A stretch of DNA of 64,000 bases from Diadema antillarum. Taxonomy: Eukaryota. This document shows, one piece after another, positions 1 through 12,174 of this stretch. The position numbers were made by a program, and so were the translations under genes. The stretch is from the NCBI RefSeq assembly GCF_040938485.1, contig NW_027272234.1, positions 744,001-808,000 of the forward strand, written 5' to 3'. Position 1 is the first letter of the stretch; every line of letters begins with the position of its first letter. The notes below the pieces were generated by a model. The model did not search any database. It had not been told where the DNA came from and worked only from the letters and a program-made list of their open reading frames with translations.

Positions 1-994
1 GCACCGGGGTCATAATATTATTATGCGATCCTAGTGCTGAACATGAAGTATCATCTCTTATTACATTTTCTGTAATAAATGTGTTTCAGCTTTATGAATC
101 AGTGTTCAAATTTTCGTTATTTGTGTCTATATTGTTGATGTAACCATGTGTTTTCTCATATTTTGTGTTGTTCTCATATTTTCTACAATATTTATGTAAG
201 TGATTCTCTGTCCCACCTGTGTATGTAGTTCGGAGTTAGCTCATGGGCGCATTGGTACGAATGACCTTTCTCTTTTCTCAGTCGGTTAGGGGCACTTCAC
301 TCGTTTTAGAGCGACATAATGCATAAGTTTTGCAGAACAATTTATGGGATTCACAGTCCTGTTCAAACAAAGAACAGAGTTGCGTAGACCAGATGAGCAG
401 AACGATCCGTCAATTTACACTTGGGAAAGCATCCATTTCATTATTTTGCATTGAATGTATTGACAATCTCTTTCTATTCATATTGCCAAATACCACTTTT
501 GCTGTCAGGTAGATGTGCTGGCAAGCAGCATTTATAAGTATCTCACGAATAATCATTACATTACAGATGCTTATCCCAGTGAATTTAAAAACCATTATGC
601 CTGTTGGTCCGAATGACCTTGTTTCTGCTCATGCGCAAAGTAGAACTACGAACTGGCTTATAAAATAAAATGCTTCTACTTCTAGATAAATAGCAGTACA
701 ACAGCAGATACTACTACTGTTACTAGATACCCCCACTTCCATTACTACAGCTTATATTACGACAGCAACTGACAACAGCAATCGAGCTGTCCCTATATAG
801 TTCAATCACTTCTGTATTTGCTCTCAACACTCCCCCCCCCCCCCGTGTTTCTTTATAGAATTAGGCGTATTCATCTCATGAGCATAATAAGGATAATCAT
901 GAAGGTAAATGACCATAAAAAGAAATTATTAATTATCGTAACTTGTTATTGATAACAAGTTTTATGAAACGGGGCCCAGGTTTCCAACTTTTTT

Positions 995-1337
995 TTTTTG
1001 TGAGACAATGAGAAACCGCTCATGAAATATGAAAGAGCATATCTTAGAGGAATACAAAGTTTATTCGATGAAAAATGGGTTTGAATGGCTCAGATATCCA
1101 GAAGCAAAGAGGACCTAATAAAAGGTTGGATTCACCTTTTATTATATAGGACCACTTTGTGTTACGTTGTTTTTGGATATCTCGGCTTCAACAGATGCTC
1201 GTCAAATAAGATTCGAATTCCTATTAGAAGTGTACCCTCTTTGCAGACACATGATATTTCATATAAGTTGTATTTCATTAATTATCTCGCAAAAAGTTTA
1301 AATCTGAATTCCCACCTACCAAAATTATACCATCCCT
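995..1337 (+). mobile_element. Kolobok-type MITE family A, left end missing
   Basis: Homologous to 5727-6117 and 20091-20473 (gtgagacaatga..gaaatatgaaagagcat..accatccct). Confidence 0.65.
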
Positions 1338-1878
1338 TTCATCATCATTGTCACCACTGGACAATATTGTCATTTTTTCTCACCTATTGTAATAATCTTC
1401 CTGACATTGACTTATCATTCTCATCCATAACACGATCGTGGTCGACGTAGTTGCCGTCGTTTTAAACTCAAGGAGCACAATTTCATAACCAAAGAATATT
1501 ACACGCACACACACACTGAACCGTCCGAAGTTAAGTGCAACTGTTACCAGTATTTTATTTTATTCCGTCTTTGCTGCATCAGCGCACAAAAGTACAAAGT
1601 CAGAAATAGAGTCAACATCGAAAATCAGTTGTGTAACTACAAGGTGCTCCGCTGTGAGGTGCAAGAAGTTATAACCGAGTTGTTGTTTTTTTTTTGCAAA
1701 CAAGTAATAAATTAAATTGATTTAGTACATTCTAATTGTGAAGTGATAATTGGCTGCCAAGCACTTCAAAAGATTATGAAACGCAATATACTTGGATAAT
1801 GATGATAACGATGATAGTAAATAAAATACTGGTGAAAAATCAAAAGAAATGATGACACTGAAACTTCATGATAATTAG

Positions 1879-2132
1879 AATAATAATAATAATAATGCCT
1901 TGTTTATCCAGGGTAGCCTCTTCAATGTTGTCACTGTTCTACCAGAGGGCCCTGCCATTATTATTATCCAAGCGTTGCCAGATACCCATTTATATACAAA
2001 ATTGCATCTGGGTCGAAAGGGACGTTGTGGGTAAAAACATCTTGTCCAAGGACGTAAGCACGGGGCGGGATTCGAACTCGTGTCATCCCCGATTGGGAGT
2101 CGGGGGTCTTATCCACTATGCCACAGTGCCCC
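1879..2132 (-). mobile_element. tRNA-derived SINE, full length, with (ATT)n tail
   Basis: Reverse strand begins GGGGCACTGTGGCATAGTGGATAAG (A box) and contains GAGTTCGAATCC (B box); body shared with six other copies. Confidence 0.85.
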
Positions 2133-3431
2133 GAATATAATCATCGTTATCATCTTCACAATTTAGGCCCTAAGTGTTATCAAAATCAGCATTGCAGTTG
2201 AAATTATGACTACAATAGAAAAAACAAGCATGACTATGATGTTTTTGATCCGTTTCGTACTTGTGATTTTATTTTCATTTTACTCAAACGTTAGTGTCAT
2301 TATGGCTAAGTTTATTTGAGAAAAGAGCCAAGTAATATGTAATCACCTACCAAGGGACATATCAAATACATAGTGACGCACCACTTGAAGCAGCGCCATT
2401 TGTTATTCATATCGGAACATATAAGTGCAATGAACTTGATGGCAAGATTTATTACGGCTAACCAACGCTGCATGTATGCCGCTTCGATTTACACTCTGCT
2501 AATCTGGTCTATCGTATCGAAAAGTCATCAAACACAATATGCCAGGTTTTTTATCATTATCATTCTATATATGCATAATATTGATGGTGGATTATTGTCC
2601 ATGCAGGGACCTGGCTTTGAGCCCTCTGATCAAGCTATATTCTGTGTCAAATGATATACTCTTAATTTTTGAAATCAGATTTGCTGCCCTCAGTGCTACT
2701 AGGTAGGAGAAACTTAGTGCTCCTAAGTCGTTGGGCAAGTCATGGCTGTTGTAAGGAAAAGCCAATGGTTGGATTGACACATGGAAAATCTAACTTGTAG
2801 TGAGCCATTGCATTTAAATGATACAGCAACGCTCTAATGGAATATACCTCAACATTTGTGGATTCAGCAAATACAGCAATTATATTGATAGAATGAATCT
2901 CTGTAGTTTGAGGAAAATCGCACAACTAGTTTAAAAGTCATGAATTTTGCAATAATTTTGGTGCTGCAATTCACACAATGTACAAAATTACAATAAATCT
3001 TTTTTTTAAAGAAAAAATACACATAAGTATTTTCTTCGAGTTACTACTGACAAACAACTATGTTGGGATTGATTGACAATTTTCCCTTCCAACTGAGGGA
3101 GGAAAGTCGAGTGCTGTTTCATCATGTTAGAAAAACGAAAACAATAATATGATATTATTATCTTTTTGGGCTATTGATGATAATCTAGATAGCGAGCTGT
3201 TGTAGCCTGCTTATTCAATTATGACGGCACATGGATTTCGTAACTTTAAAAATTCATAACTGTTTTGTTTACTGTTTGTTAACTGTTGTCATTTTTTCCT
3301 CAAATTACACTGATGTGCTCTGACATAGATTTCTGCATTCAGAAAATTTAGAAACTTGCATAAATTGATAGGCGGAGGCATAACCTGGAATAAGGCCTAC
3401 CTACTGCTACCTCAAAACATTTGCGTCAAAG

Positions 3432-3459
3432 CATGGACCTACAACGTTGTAGGTCCATG
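3432..3459. repeat. Perfect 28-bp palindrome flanked by 7-bp direct repeat GTCAAAG
   Basis: gtcaaag|CATGGACCTACAACGTTGTAGGTCCATG|gtcaaag. Confidence 0.9.
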
Positions 3460-4355
3460 GTCAAAGTAGGAGCGAAATCAACATCAGTGTTTAGTAAAAC
3501 AGTGACTGCGCTTTCACAGACAAACTGGTACAAAGTCGTGTACATTAATGCAGTGAAAAATACCATTCTATTCACACAAAGTGCGCAAAACAGAGACAAC
3601 ATATTAAACACAAACAAAAGAATGAATTCAGTCCCACAGCTGAAGTTAAAATACAAGAAACCCACATCAATAAAATCTTCCTTGGCATTTGAGAGTAGGC
3701 CCTAAAAGTGCAGGGATGTTGATCTTTTCCATCTGCTGAAACAATTAGAGTAGAAGAGAATCGCCATGAACTGAAATGCCAAAAGTATAATCGTACACGC
3801 AATATCGCCATTGAAAATAACGCCTCTGATCTGGCTCAAAGAAACACAGCTCACGATCAGATCTCGCAGCAAAACAATATCAAAACTAGGATCTGTGGAT
3901 TCTTCCATGCTGAACACTGTTACCAACGATGGCACAAAGACTAAATAACAAGCATCTAAATGCGAAATGTTTTTCTTTCTTATGCTTTATACACAATGGA
4001 AATCACATATTGCTATTCTTATTGTAGCAATGTCTTTGTCAGCGTCATTAAATTTAAGTACTTTAATCAAAATGTTAACCATCTAGTTCCATCTATACCC
4101 TGATCTGCTGATAGTGAAAGTGGAATGAGGAAGAAGGAAAAAAAAACTACACTCAGACTTTTGTTGTAAGGGAATGATTTGCGGTCACAAGTGAACTTGT
4201 CTTTACTCCTTGCCGCTAATTTGGAATGTTGGAGACATTGTGAAGTGATGTTTTTATAGGAGTCACAAGCGTTCGTTTTTTCCGATATCTATTCGAAAAG
4301 CTCAAACTGTCGATGCTTTCTTGACGATGACTTATTATCTCTATTATTGGTCTTC

Positions 4356-4530
4356 TTAATCCAGGGTAGCCTCTTGAGAGTTGCTGTTTTTCTACCAAAG
4401 GGCTATGCTATAATTAATTGCTATTACTAGCATATCATTGTCAAGTATCCATTCACCTGGGTCGAGAGGAAAAATGGTGGGTAAAAACATTTTGACTACT
4501 TAAGTCGGGAGTCTCATCTATTCATAACAG
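4356..4530 (-). mobile_element. Same SINE family, diverged and internally deleted
   Basis: Shares atccagggtagcctctt, cacctgggtcgagagg and ggtgggtaaaaacat blocks. Confidence 0.65.
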
Positions 4531-5726
4531 TGACTCCACTTATTACCTGAACATAGCGTTCCCTCTGAGTGGGATTATCATTTTTATTTTAAAGATAATC
4601 ATCTGACGATTAAGATCTGAATCATTAACCCGACATTCTCGAACAAAAGGATGATTTTCATGATAGAAAAAAAAAATGACAAGGGCTATCAGATGACTGA
4701 ATACATTAGAATTTAGCTGGATTTTTTTTTCTCCAGGTGTGCGGCAACGAGAAGAAAATATAGTTTATCAGACTTTTTTTTTTAAATCTTTGAATACTTC
4801 TGCCTTCTCCTGGTAAGAATGATGACTGGTGATAAGCAATTTGAGTTGGTTGCAAGCTTTTCAGAGATAAATGACTGAATTCAAGCTATAGGCTATAGGC
4901 TTCAAGCTCACTGATGTAGAAGTTAGTCAGTCCCCTTCCCCTTTTTTTAATCCTCTTGTATTATCGTCCCAACTTAAAAAGGGTCTGACGAAAAAAACAA
5001 ACAACCAAACAAACACATCCCAATCACATGCACTTCAATTCATATAACTGCGATGCTTTCATTGTTAACAATAAGTTGCAACGAAGATCATAAGATCATT
5101 GAAGATATATTTGCTTTCAGAAGAGTTTGTTTGTTTGTTCGTTTGTTTGTTTGTTTGCTTGTTTGTTTTTTGCGCGCATTGTCAGGAACAAAATGAGGAT
5201 TTCTTTTTTCCCCACTGGTTTTAGACACAGATGAATGTCAAGCGACAAAGGGCAATGTATACACAGGATGCTGTCATTCGTTACGGCTATAGCGACTTTC
5301 TCATTCAACTTGGGATGCTAGCTCGACAACAATGATGTTCAATTATTGAGTACGAATGTTGTTAACAACCTTCGGTCATCACTCAGGCTTGGGATAGAAG
5401 ATAACAGTGCGCAATGTACCAACATACCGGTAATTATAACTACGGCGAAGAGGGCGCACTTACCTCAATCGCCGTCGGAGCCAAGTATACACAGATTTTT
5501 GTGCCAACTCGTTTCAGTTAGCCACAGCATGGCGTATATCTACTACTATATTCCTTTGGTAAATTCTTGCGTAATAAAGGATCATTCTCCAATGATTTTA
5601 CTCACTGAAACAGACTTTGTGCTAGATGGCTCTGAATCATGTCATTTTGCTTCAGTCATTTCATGTCATTTCGCTTCAAGCATGTCAAGAAGTTAAAGAC
5701 AAGGAAGCTAAATTAGGGGCATTCAA

Positions 5727-6117
5727 AGGAATCGTACAGTTTTGGTTGAGACCTATCTTCGGGTTTCTAACATATTTTGGTGAGACAATGACAAACCTCT
5801 TAAGAAATATGAAAGAGCATGTAATTCAAGAGGGATCCAACGTTTATTTGATTAAAATTGGCTTTGAAATGGCGGAGACATCCAAAACAGAGCAATCCTA
5901 TAAAGGTGGGACCCGCCTTTTATTAGGATCGCTTGCTTTACTTTGTTTTTGTCTCAGCCATTCTAAAACCAATTTTCATCTAATAAACTTTGAAGTCCTC
6001 TTAGCAATGCTTAGAATGATATGTTGTGTATTATCTTATAAGTGTTTTCTTGGTATCTCGCAAAAAAATTAAAAGCCCATCTTCATCTCAACCAATACTA
6101 TACAGTACACCATCTCT
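5727..6117 (+). mobile_element. Kolobok-type MITE family A with TCAA target duplication
   Basis: Starts AGGAATCGTACAGTTTTGGT; TCAA on both sides (5723-5726, 6118-6121); homologous to 20091-20473. Confidence 0.75.
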
Positions 6118-6828
6118 TCAAAGTATGCTTCATGTTTATGAACACGTTAGCCAACCGGCTTCAACGCAGTCCTGACAGTTGCAATGAGAGGAGTGCCTCC
6201 ACCTATAACAAGTTCCAAAAAGGTATACAATGTAGTACCACATTTCTACCACTCAAAACATGTTCTGTGTGCGCGGAGAAATATGCGTGAGTGAAATAAA
6301 GAGTCGCATGCTTGCTTTTCCAAAGTATACTAATCGACTAAAGTTTGTGAGAGTAGTGGTACGGTACTGTGAATTAAGCCTCCATCCCCCCCCCCCCCCC
6401 AAGAAAAATGCCGTATTTATCGGAGTAAAACTGTAAGAGTCAACTAGAATCCCTTCTACTGATCACGTGTTTGGATGGATCTAATAACAGTAGATTATGG
6501 CACTTGAAGGTCAGCTGGTCATAAACTAATGAGGTCCCCTAACATCGCTTGTAAAACTTACTTTCGAAAATGTATCGCGTATTGTGTAACAGGAGTTTCA
6601 TGTCGAGAAGCTGCTATTCAATTCCCGAGATTTATTAACTGCGAGTAGATCAATTTAACCGACAAGACCGATTGTAGAACTGGAAGGAAATAACTGGGAA
6701 TTTAATGATTATTAATTACTCTTGAAGGAAAACAAAATAAATCAAATGCAGCTGTCTTGAATCAAAGGCAAATGATTGTGTTCTCGTATTGTTCATTGTG
6801 ATTGTCCGTCCAAATGAATCGGAAAGTA

Positions 6829-7019
6829 CAATGGACTCCCGTTATGACGAAGTCCTTGGGACCGGCAGTTTTCTTTCGTTCTATCGAAATTTCGTTATAA
6901 CCAAACAATGAAAAAAAAAACAGCAACAACATAGAGCAAGTAATGTTGCGGCCTGAATTTTTACCTTGTTGCAACCGGAATTTCGTTATAACCGTGTTCG
7001 TTATAACGGGAGTGCACTG
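6829..7019. mobile_element. Tc1/mariner (pogo/Tigger-like) MITE
   Basis: TA TSD; TIRs CAATGGACTCCCGTTATGACGA / CAGTGCACTCCCGTTATAACGA (19/22). Confidence 0.8.
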
Positions 7020-7385
7020 TAACACCTTTCTCTATTCTTGGTAAGGTCATGTGTCAACATCATGCCGGCATACAACGTAGAAAGAGTAGATAAAATTAAC
7101 AGTTATCTAAGTGTACCACATATTAAAATGTTTAGTTTTTTAGGCGCATTATACAATGTGTTAAGCTGCCGTGTCGGGTCATGGCTATGGTGAAAAATTA
7201 AATCAAGATCAAGTTAAAGATTTACTGATCGTACATTTCAAAGCTTAATTACTGAGTAACACTTAAATTGAATGATCGCACGAAATGTTCGGTTAGCACC
7301 AGGTACTCGATCGTTGCTATGCCTACATGTGCCAGATTGCTGCATGATTATGATCCCTTTGACGAGGGTTTACTCGTTGATGACA

Positions 7386-7491
7386 TCAGCAGTATGTCAC
7401 TTCTATCGAGGGTGAGGAGAGGACGAGGTGAACACGGCTGCTCTTCAAGTTTGTGGTTGCCATGGTGAGCTCCTCCACTTTCCGTCGATGC
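7386..7491 (-). CDS. GPCR terminal coding exon (R)HRRKVEELTMATTNLKSSRVHLVLSSPSIEVTYC*
   Basis: Acceptor with branch-point-like cactaac followed by ctccag; 1 nt completes codon AGG; TGA at 7388-7386. Confidence 0.75.
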
Positions 7492-7858
7492 CTGGAGGTT
7501 AGTGCAAACAAACGAGATACAATGTGAACAGCATTTTGTCAGATAATTATATCAATGTATGAATCGCGAGTGAGGATTTACTGACACAGAAATGTCAGAA
7601 TGAATAAAGACACAAATTATGTATTACCATTGTACATACAAGATTGCAGAAGCATATATGAGATTCTCAGTGTAACTCTCCCTGTTCTCAGGTAAAGGTG
7701 ACGTCGAATGTATTAGGAGTGACTCCGGACAGACAACCTTCCTGGAATGTCATTTGTCAACCCAAACTACAACATGAGCCCTCTCACACGGGGTACGGCA
7801 AAACATGTAGTATCTCCATAGCAACCCACCATCCAAGAGCCAGCTCGCCGGCCACTAC

Positions 7859-7916
<58 letters not shown>

Positions 7917-10900
7917 TAATAATGTCTTATTTATCCAGGGTAGCCTCTTCAGTGTTACTACTGCTCTACCAGAGGGCCCTGCCATTATTATTACCCTAGC
8001 GTTGCCAAGTACCCAGTTATACACCTGGGTCGAGAGGGACATGGTGGGTAAAAACATCTTGTCCAAGGACGTAAGCACTGGGCGGGATTCGAACTCGGGT
8101 CCTCCGATCCGGAGTCGGGAGTCTTATCCACTACAAGTTGTATGCCACCACATGATGGAAATGATGACAGTGGGACAGCTAGCTCATGACGTAGCAGTCA
8201 TGTTCTGTGGTTATATTTCATTGCGACGCATTCTGTGCAAAATCAATTTGTATGTAAAATATTGCGCGGCAGTACTAAATCTTCTCAAAGAACATACAGT
8301 GATACATTTTATCGCTTTTGATCTTGCAGGAAACCATAACAGTTGCAATGGCGCTGAAGATATGCTATTTTGTCTCTGCTTCAGGGATATCACAATGGAA
8401 ATTATGTTATGTAAATATATAAATTTTTTTTTCATGCTGCCATGTTCATTCTCTGATGGGAATGTTATTTTTGGCGACAATTATAACAATGAAAGATGCC
8501 AATAATGATTATAATAATAATTCTTATCATTCTAATTATAACAATGACAACATAATCCAGTTATAGATTTATCGTTAGTACTTATATCAATATCATCATC
8601 ATTAATGTCATTATTTATTTAATTGAGAACATTCAAAATCGACATTGGATTTCCTGTTTCGAATTAGACTGTTAGAAGATGTCCATTTTCACCAATGGGC
8701 TGAGAGGGATGTGGTAAGTGAAAAGTTTTGTCCAAGGATGCACGCATCGGGTAAGATTCGAACCAGAAACCTTACCTTTTTATGTCAAGAGCCCTTATCC
8801 ACAACACAAACGTGCACCCGCTGTTCAAACCACTTCCTTCCAGTCCTTAAACTCTGTCAGAAAGTAATGCTCACCTCAATTGCATGTCCTCTATTCTATC
8901 CTGGCACACTCTGTGCATTCGCAGAGCCTGGGCCGTTTCGTCCTTGATCGCCGCCAGAGCCTTGCGGTAGTTGAGAAGTATTGCGTTCCGAGCTGCATGG
9001 CTCTGTATCCAGGGAGAAGGCAGAGAGCCAAATTGAAGAGTATGCGGTACAGAGGAAGAGATGTTATTACTTCTAGTTTGATGTTTCATTTGAGTGGTTA
9101 CATTTATGTTTACGTGGTTATCAAAGAATCATACCAACAAGCAAGCAATCACGGGATTCACGGGATCGACGGGGTGAGGTTCCCTCTAAAGGACTGGAAA
9201 GAATGAGAGTACACGGTCTTCTTTTAAAAAATGAAAGCTGCTGCAATGTTAACCCTGTTCTACCGGAGGGCCCTGTAATCATTATTACCCCTAGCGTTGC
9301 CAGGTATCCATTTATGCACCTGGGTCAAGAGGGACACGTTGGATAAAAAAGCATCTTGTCCAAGGATGTAAGCACTGGACTGGATTCGAACTCGGGTCCT
9401 CCGACTGGGAGTCAAAAGTTATTCCCTAAACCCTAGCGCCCTCAACCTTCACGGTTAGCAAGGCACTCAAACAACACACAACAATCTGGCAAGATTGAGA
9501 TTCCCTTGTCCTAATGAGAGAGTGAAAAAAAAAAGTTTTTTTTTTTTTTCTGGACTGTGCCGGTTTGACATGAGTAATGGAACGGTGTGTGCTTTTCAAG
9601 ATCAGATAATCATTCAGTATGATATGAATATCCCCATCACGGTTTACGGGATATCAACAGTGCTCATAAGATACCAGTAAAGCAGGTTTAGAAATGATGC
9701 AAGCGTGAGAATAATCACTTGACCATTCTGAAGAATTCTTTATCATTACTTCTAAAATGGTTATCGTTGTATTCTCTCTGTTCTACTAATGCATTTAACG
9801 GATCTGATTTTCTGTCAGATTGAAATGTAATACTTGATTTGTTTTATCATATGAATCTTCCCTTCACTATAATTAGGACAACTATGAAACATGCACTCTT
9901 CCATACTCCACACACACACACACAAAAAAAAACTGTCCTTGCTTTTGGATATCATTACTTTATCCTCTGTCAAAATTTATTAACTACTTTTTGTAATCAC
10001 TAAATCTTTGAGACGTCATTCATTATTGGGGAATAATGTTTTTTTTTTCTTTTTTTTTTTTTTTTTTGGGGGGGGGGGATGGGAGTGGAAGGGATGGTAG
10101 GGGTGGGCAGAGGCATCAATAAATTAATCATTTCATAGTTAACCTTGATTGAATCGCCAAAGCGAGCTTCTGCGGATAATTCGTTTTCCTCGTCTCTCCT
10201 CTTGAATTTCCACTGCCAAAGTTTGTCTCTGTATCTCTTCTTGATTGGAGGGTTGATGTCAGGCTTAAACCTCACGACGTAGAGTTTAGGGACGAAGAGG
10301 CAACCACAGAGGGCGATATTCGATATCATGAGGCCGAATGAGATGACGTAGGTTCGATAATGGCGGCCGCTGGGCAGGACGAGGTAGATAGCCAAGATGG
10401 CTGTCCACATCATGGCTGCTATGATGAACGAGAAGAAGACGAACTTCCCTTCCTGGAAATTCTTGTCGCGATTGCGGTTGCCGAATGCTACGAAGATCCC
10501 CAGGATATCAAGGGTCAACGCGTAGGCTATCAGGACGACCATCCCGTCGAAGTTACCCGAGCTGACGCAGTCTATGTAGACTATGCGCTGGGTGCGGTCC
10601 ACCAGGTGGGCAACGACGGGCCGACTGGCCAGTATCCACAGAAGGACAAGGAGGCCGTGGACGAAGAGGACGGCAATCATAGCCAATGTCCAATTGTTTA
10701 ATTGCACGTGTTTGCGATGATATGTGGTGTACGCAGCAATGATAAGGCTTCCTTCCGTAGCAGATAACGGCAGTAGCTGCGTCGCGGCGACGCCAAGGCA
10801 CGCTACGTCCGACGCGGGAATGACCGAGAATGTCGCGGTTATGAACGACGCCATGATCCCGACCATGATCAACCTCCAGGAACGGGCGAAGGCGTGAAAG

Positions 10901-12142
10901 ATGATGACCGTGTTCTCCTTCAGTGTGAAGATGACAGCGATGACGATGCACACGAGCCACCCTGCAACAGCCAAGGTCAGGGCGGCGATGCTGATCGCGG
11001 AGCTGGGCGTGGCATAGCTGTATGGCAAGTCGAAGCAGTCAGTGTGGTTCTCGTTGGACACCTGCTCGTCCTGGCAAATGAGGCAAGTTAAGGCATCAGT
11101 TTCGTTGGAGAAGTAATTGTCGGGACACGGGACACACTGCCAGCAGCAGCTACTGAAATCTAACGTAACTCGACGCGTACCAGCCGGACATAACTCTCCA
11201 CACACCGAGCTAGGAGAGTCTCTCGACCACGCACAGGTGTCTCGCGACGGCCAGTATACATCGTCAGTAATTTCTACTTGTCCCCTATCGTTTCTCCATT
11301 CACCGACTTGTCGAAGTGTAAATCTGTTCGAACAAGGGGAAGCTGGCTGCAAGTTGTAGAAATCGTACCAAGCAATGGCCGCCAGATTCCCACTGGGGTC
11401 TGGCCGAAGTCTGTATCCAGAGTACCCCTGGAAGCTTACGTTTTTCATGCAGGCGATGAGATTTTCGCCCGTTACAGCCGCCGGTTTTTCCGTACAATCT
11501 TTGTCACTACAGCCTAATGTTTCATGCAGCGCGCGGGCTACCACCTCTACGGAATCCAGCACAGCGGATATCAAAGACTCATTGGTGAATAAATACGTAT
11601 CGTTTAGAGACTCGGTGCCATCGCATACCCTCAAGCCTTCCACATTTTCACTTCCATCGGGTACATGACAATTGAAAACGTTTTCCCAGAACTCGTTGAA
11701 GAATGGATCCTTGTACTCGAGAGAGGCCGGCGTCAGGTCAAAGACGTACTCGTCATACGCGGGTATTACTTCCGCGTGAGGAAAAAGTCCCAGCATGCCG
11801 TTCGTGACGCGAGATATCACTGGATCTTCCACGACTTGCGATGATCCCCATCCATCACTGGCAATCCACACATAACCTGTGACATTGCGCTCAGCGAAAT
11901 ACGTGAGCAGGTCAATCATGGGAGCCTCGTTAGCGAAGGCGACGATCACTCGCACCTCTGGGATTTGTCTGTAGCGATGGAATGAAAAATGGAAATGGAA
12001 TCAGACATATCAATGTTATGGTTGTTTCTGGTTGTTGGTAATCATATCCAATGTTACAATGCAAAATTTACCTACAGTACAACTTCTGGCGTTCAGTGCT
12101 GCAATGGATGCCGTGCAAGAACTACTACTAGGGCGTGGAAAT

Positions 12143-12174
<32 letters not shown>

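Noticed and set aside
2850-3360. Weak inverted similarity (tgtagtttgaggaaaa vs its inverse)
   Set aside because: Probably an old MITE, but termini and TSD could not be defined.
3723-3944. 73-codon stop-to-stop plus-strand frame ending KTRICGFFHAEHCYQRWHKD
   Set aside because: No Met or splice signals and no recognisable family; probably the interior of a repeat.
10000-10143. C-terminus of the 651-aa ORF (VNYEMINLLMPLPTPTIP..KKKKKRKKK..)
   Set aside because: It is read-through into poly-G/poly-T intron sequence after a good donor; the in-phase downstream exons explain the real tail. An intron-retention isoform cannot be excluded.
10360-11668. Several plus-strand and alternative-frame ORFs overlapping the GPCR exon
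   Set aside because: Shadow ORFs of GC-rich coding sequence; no motifs.
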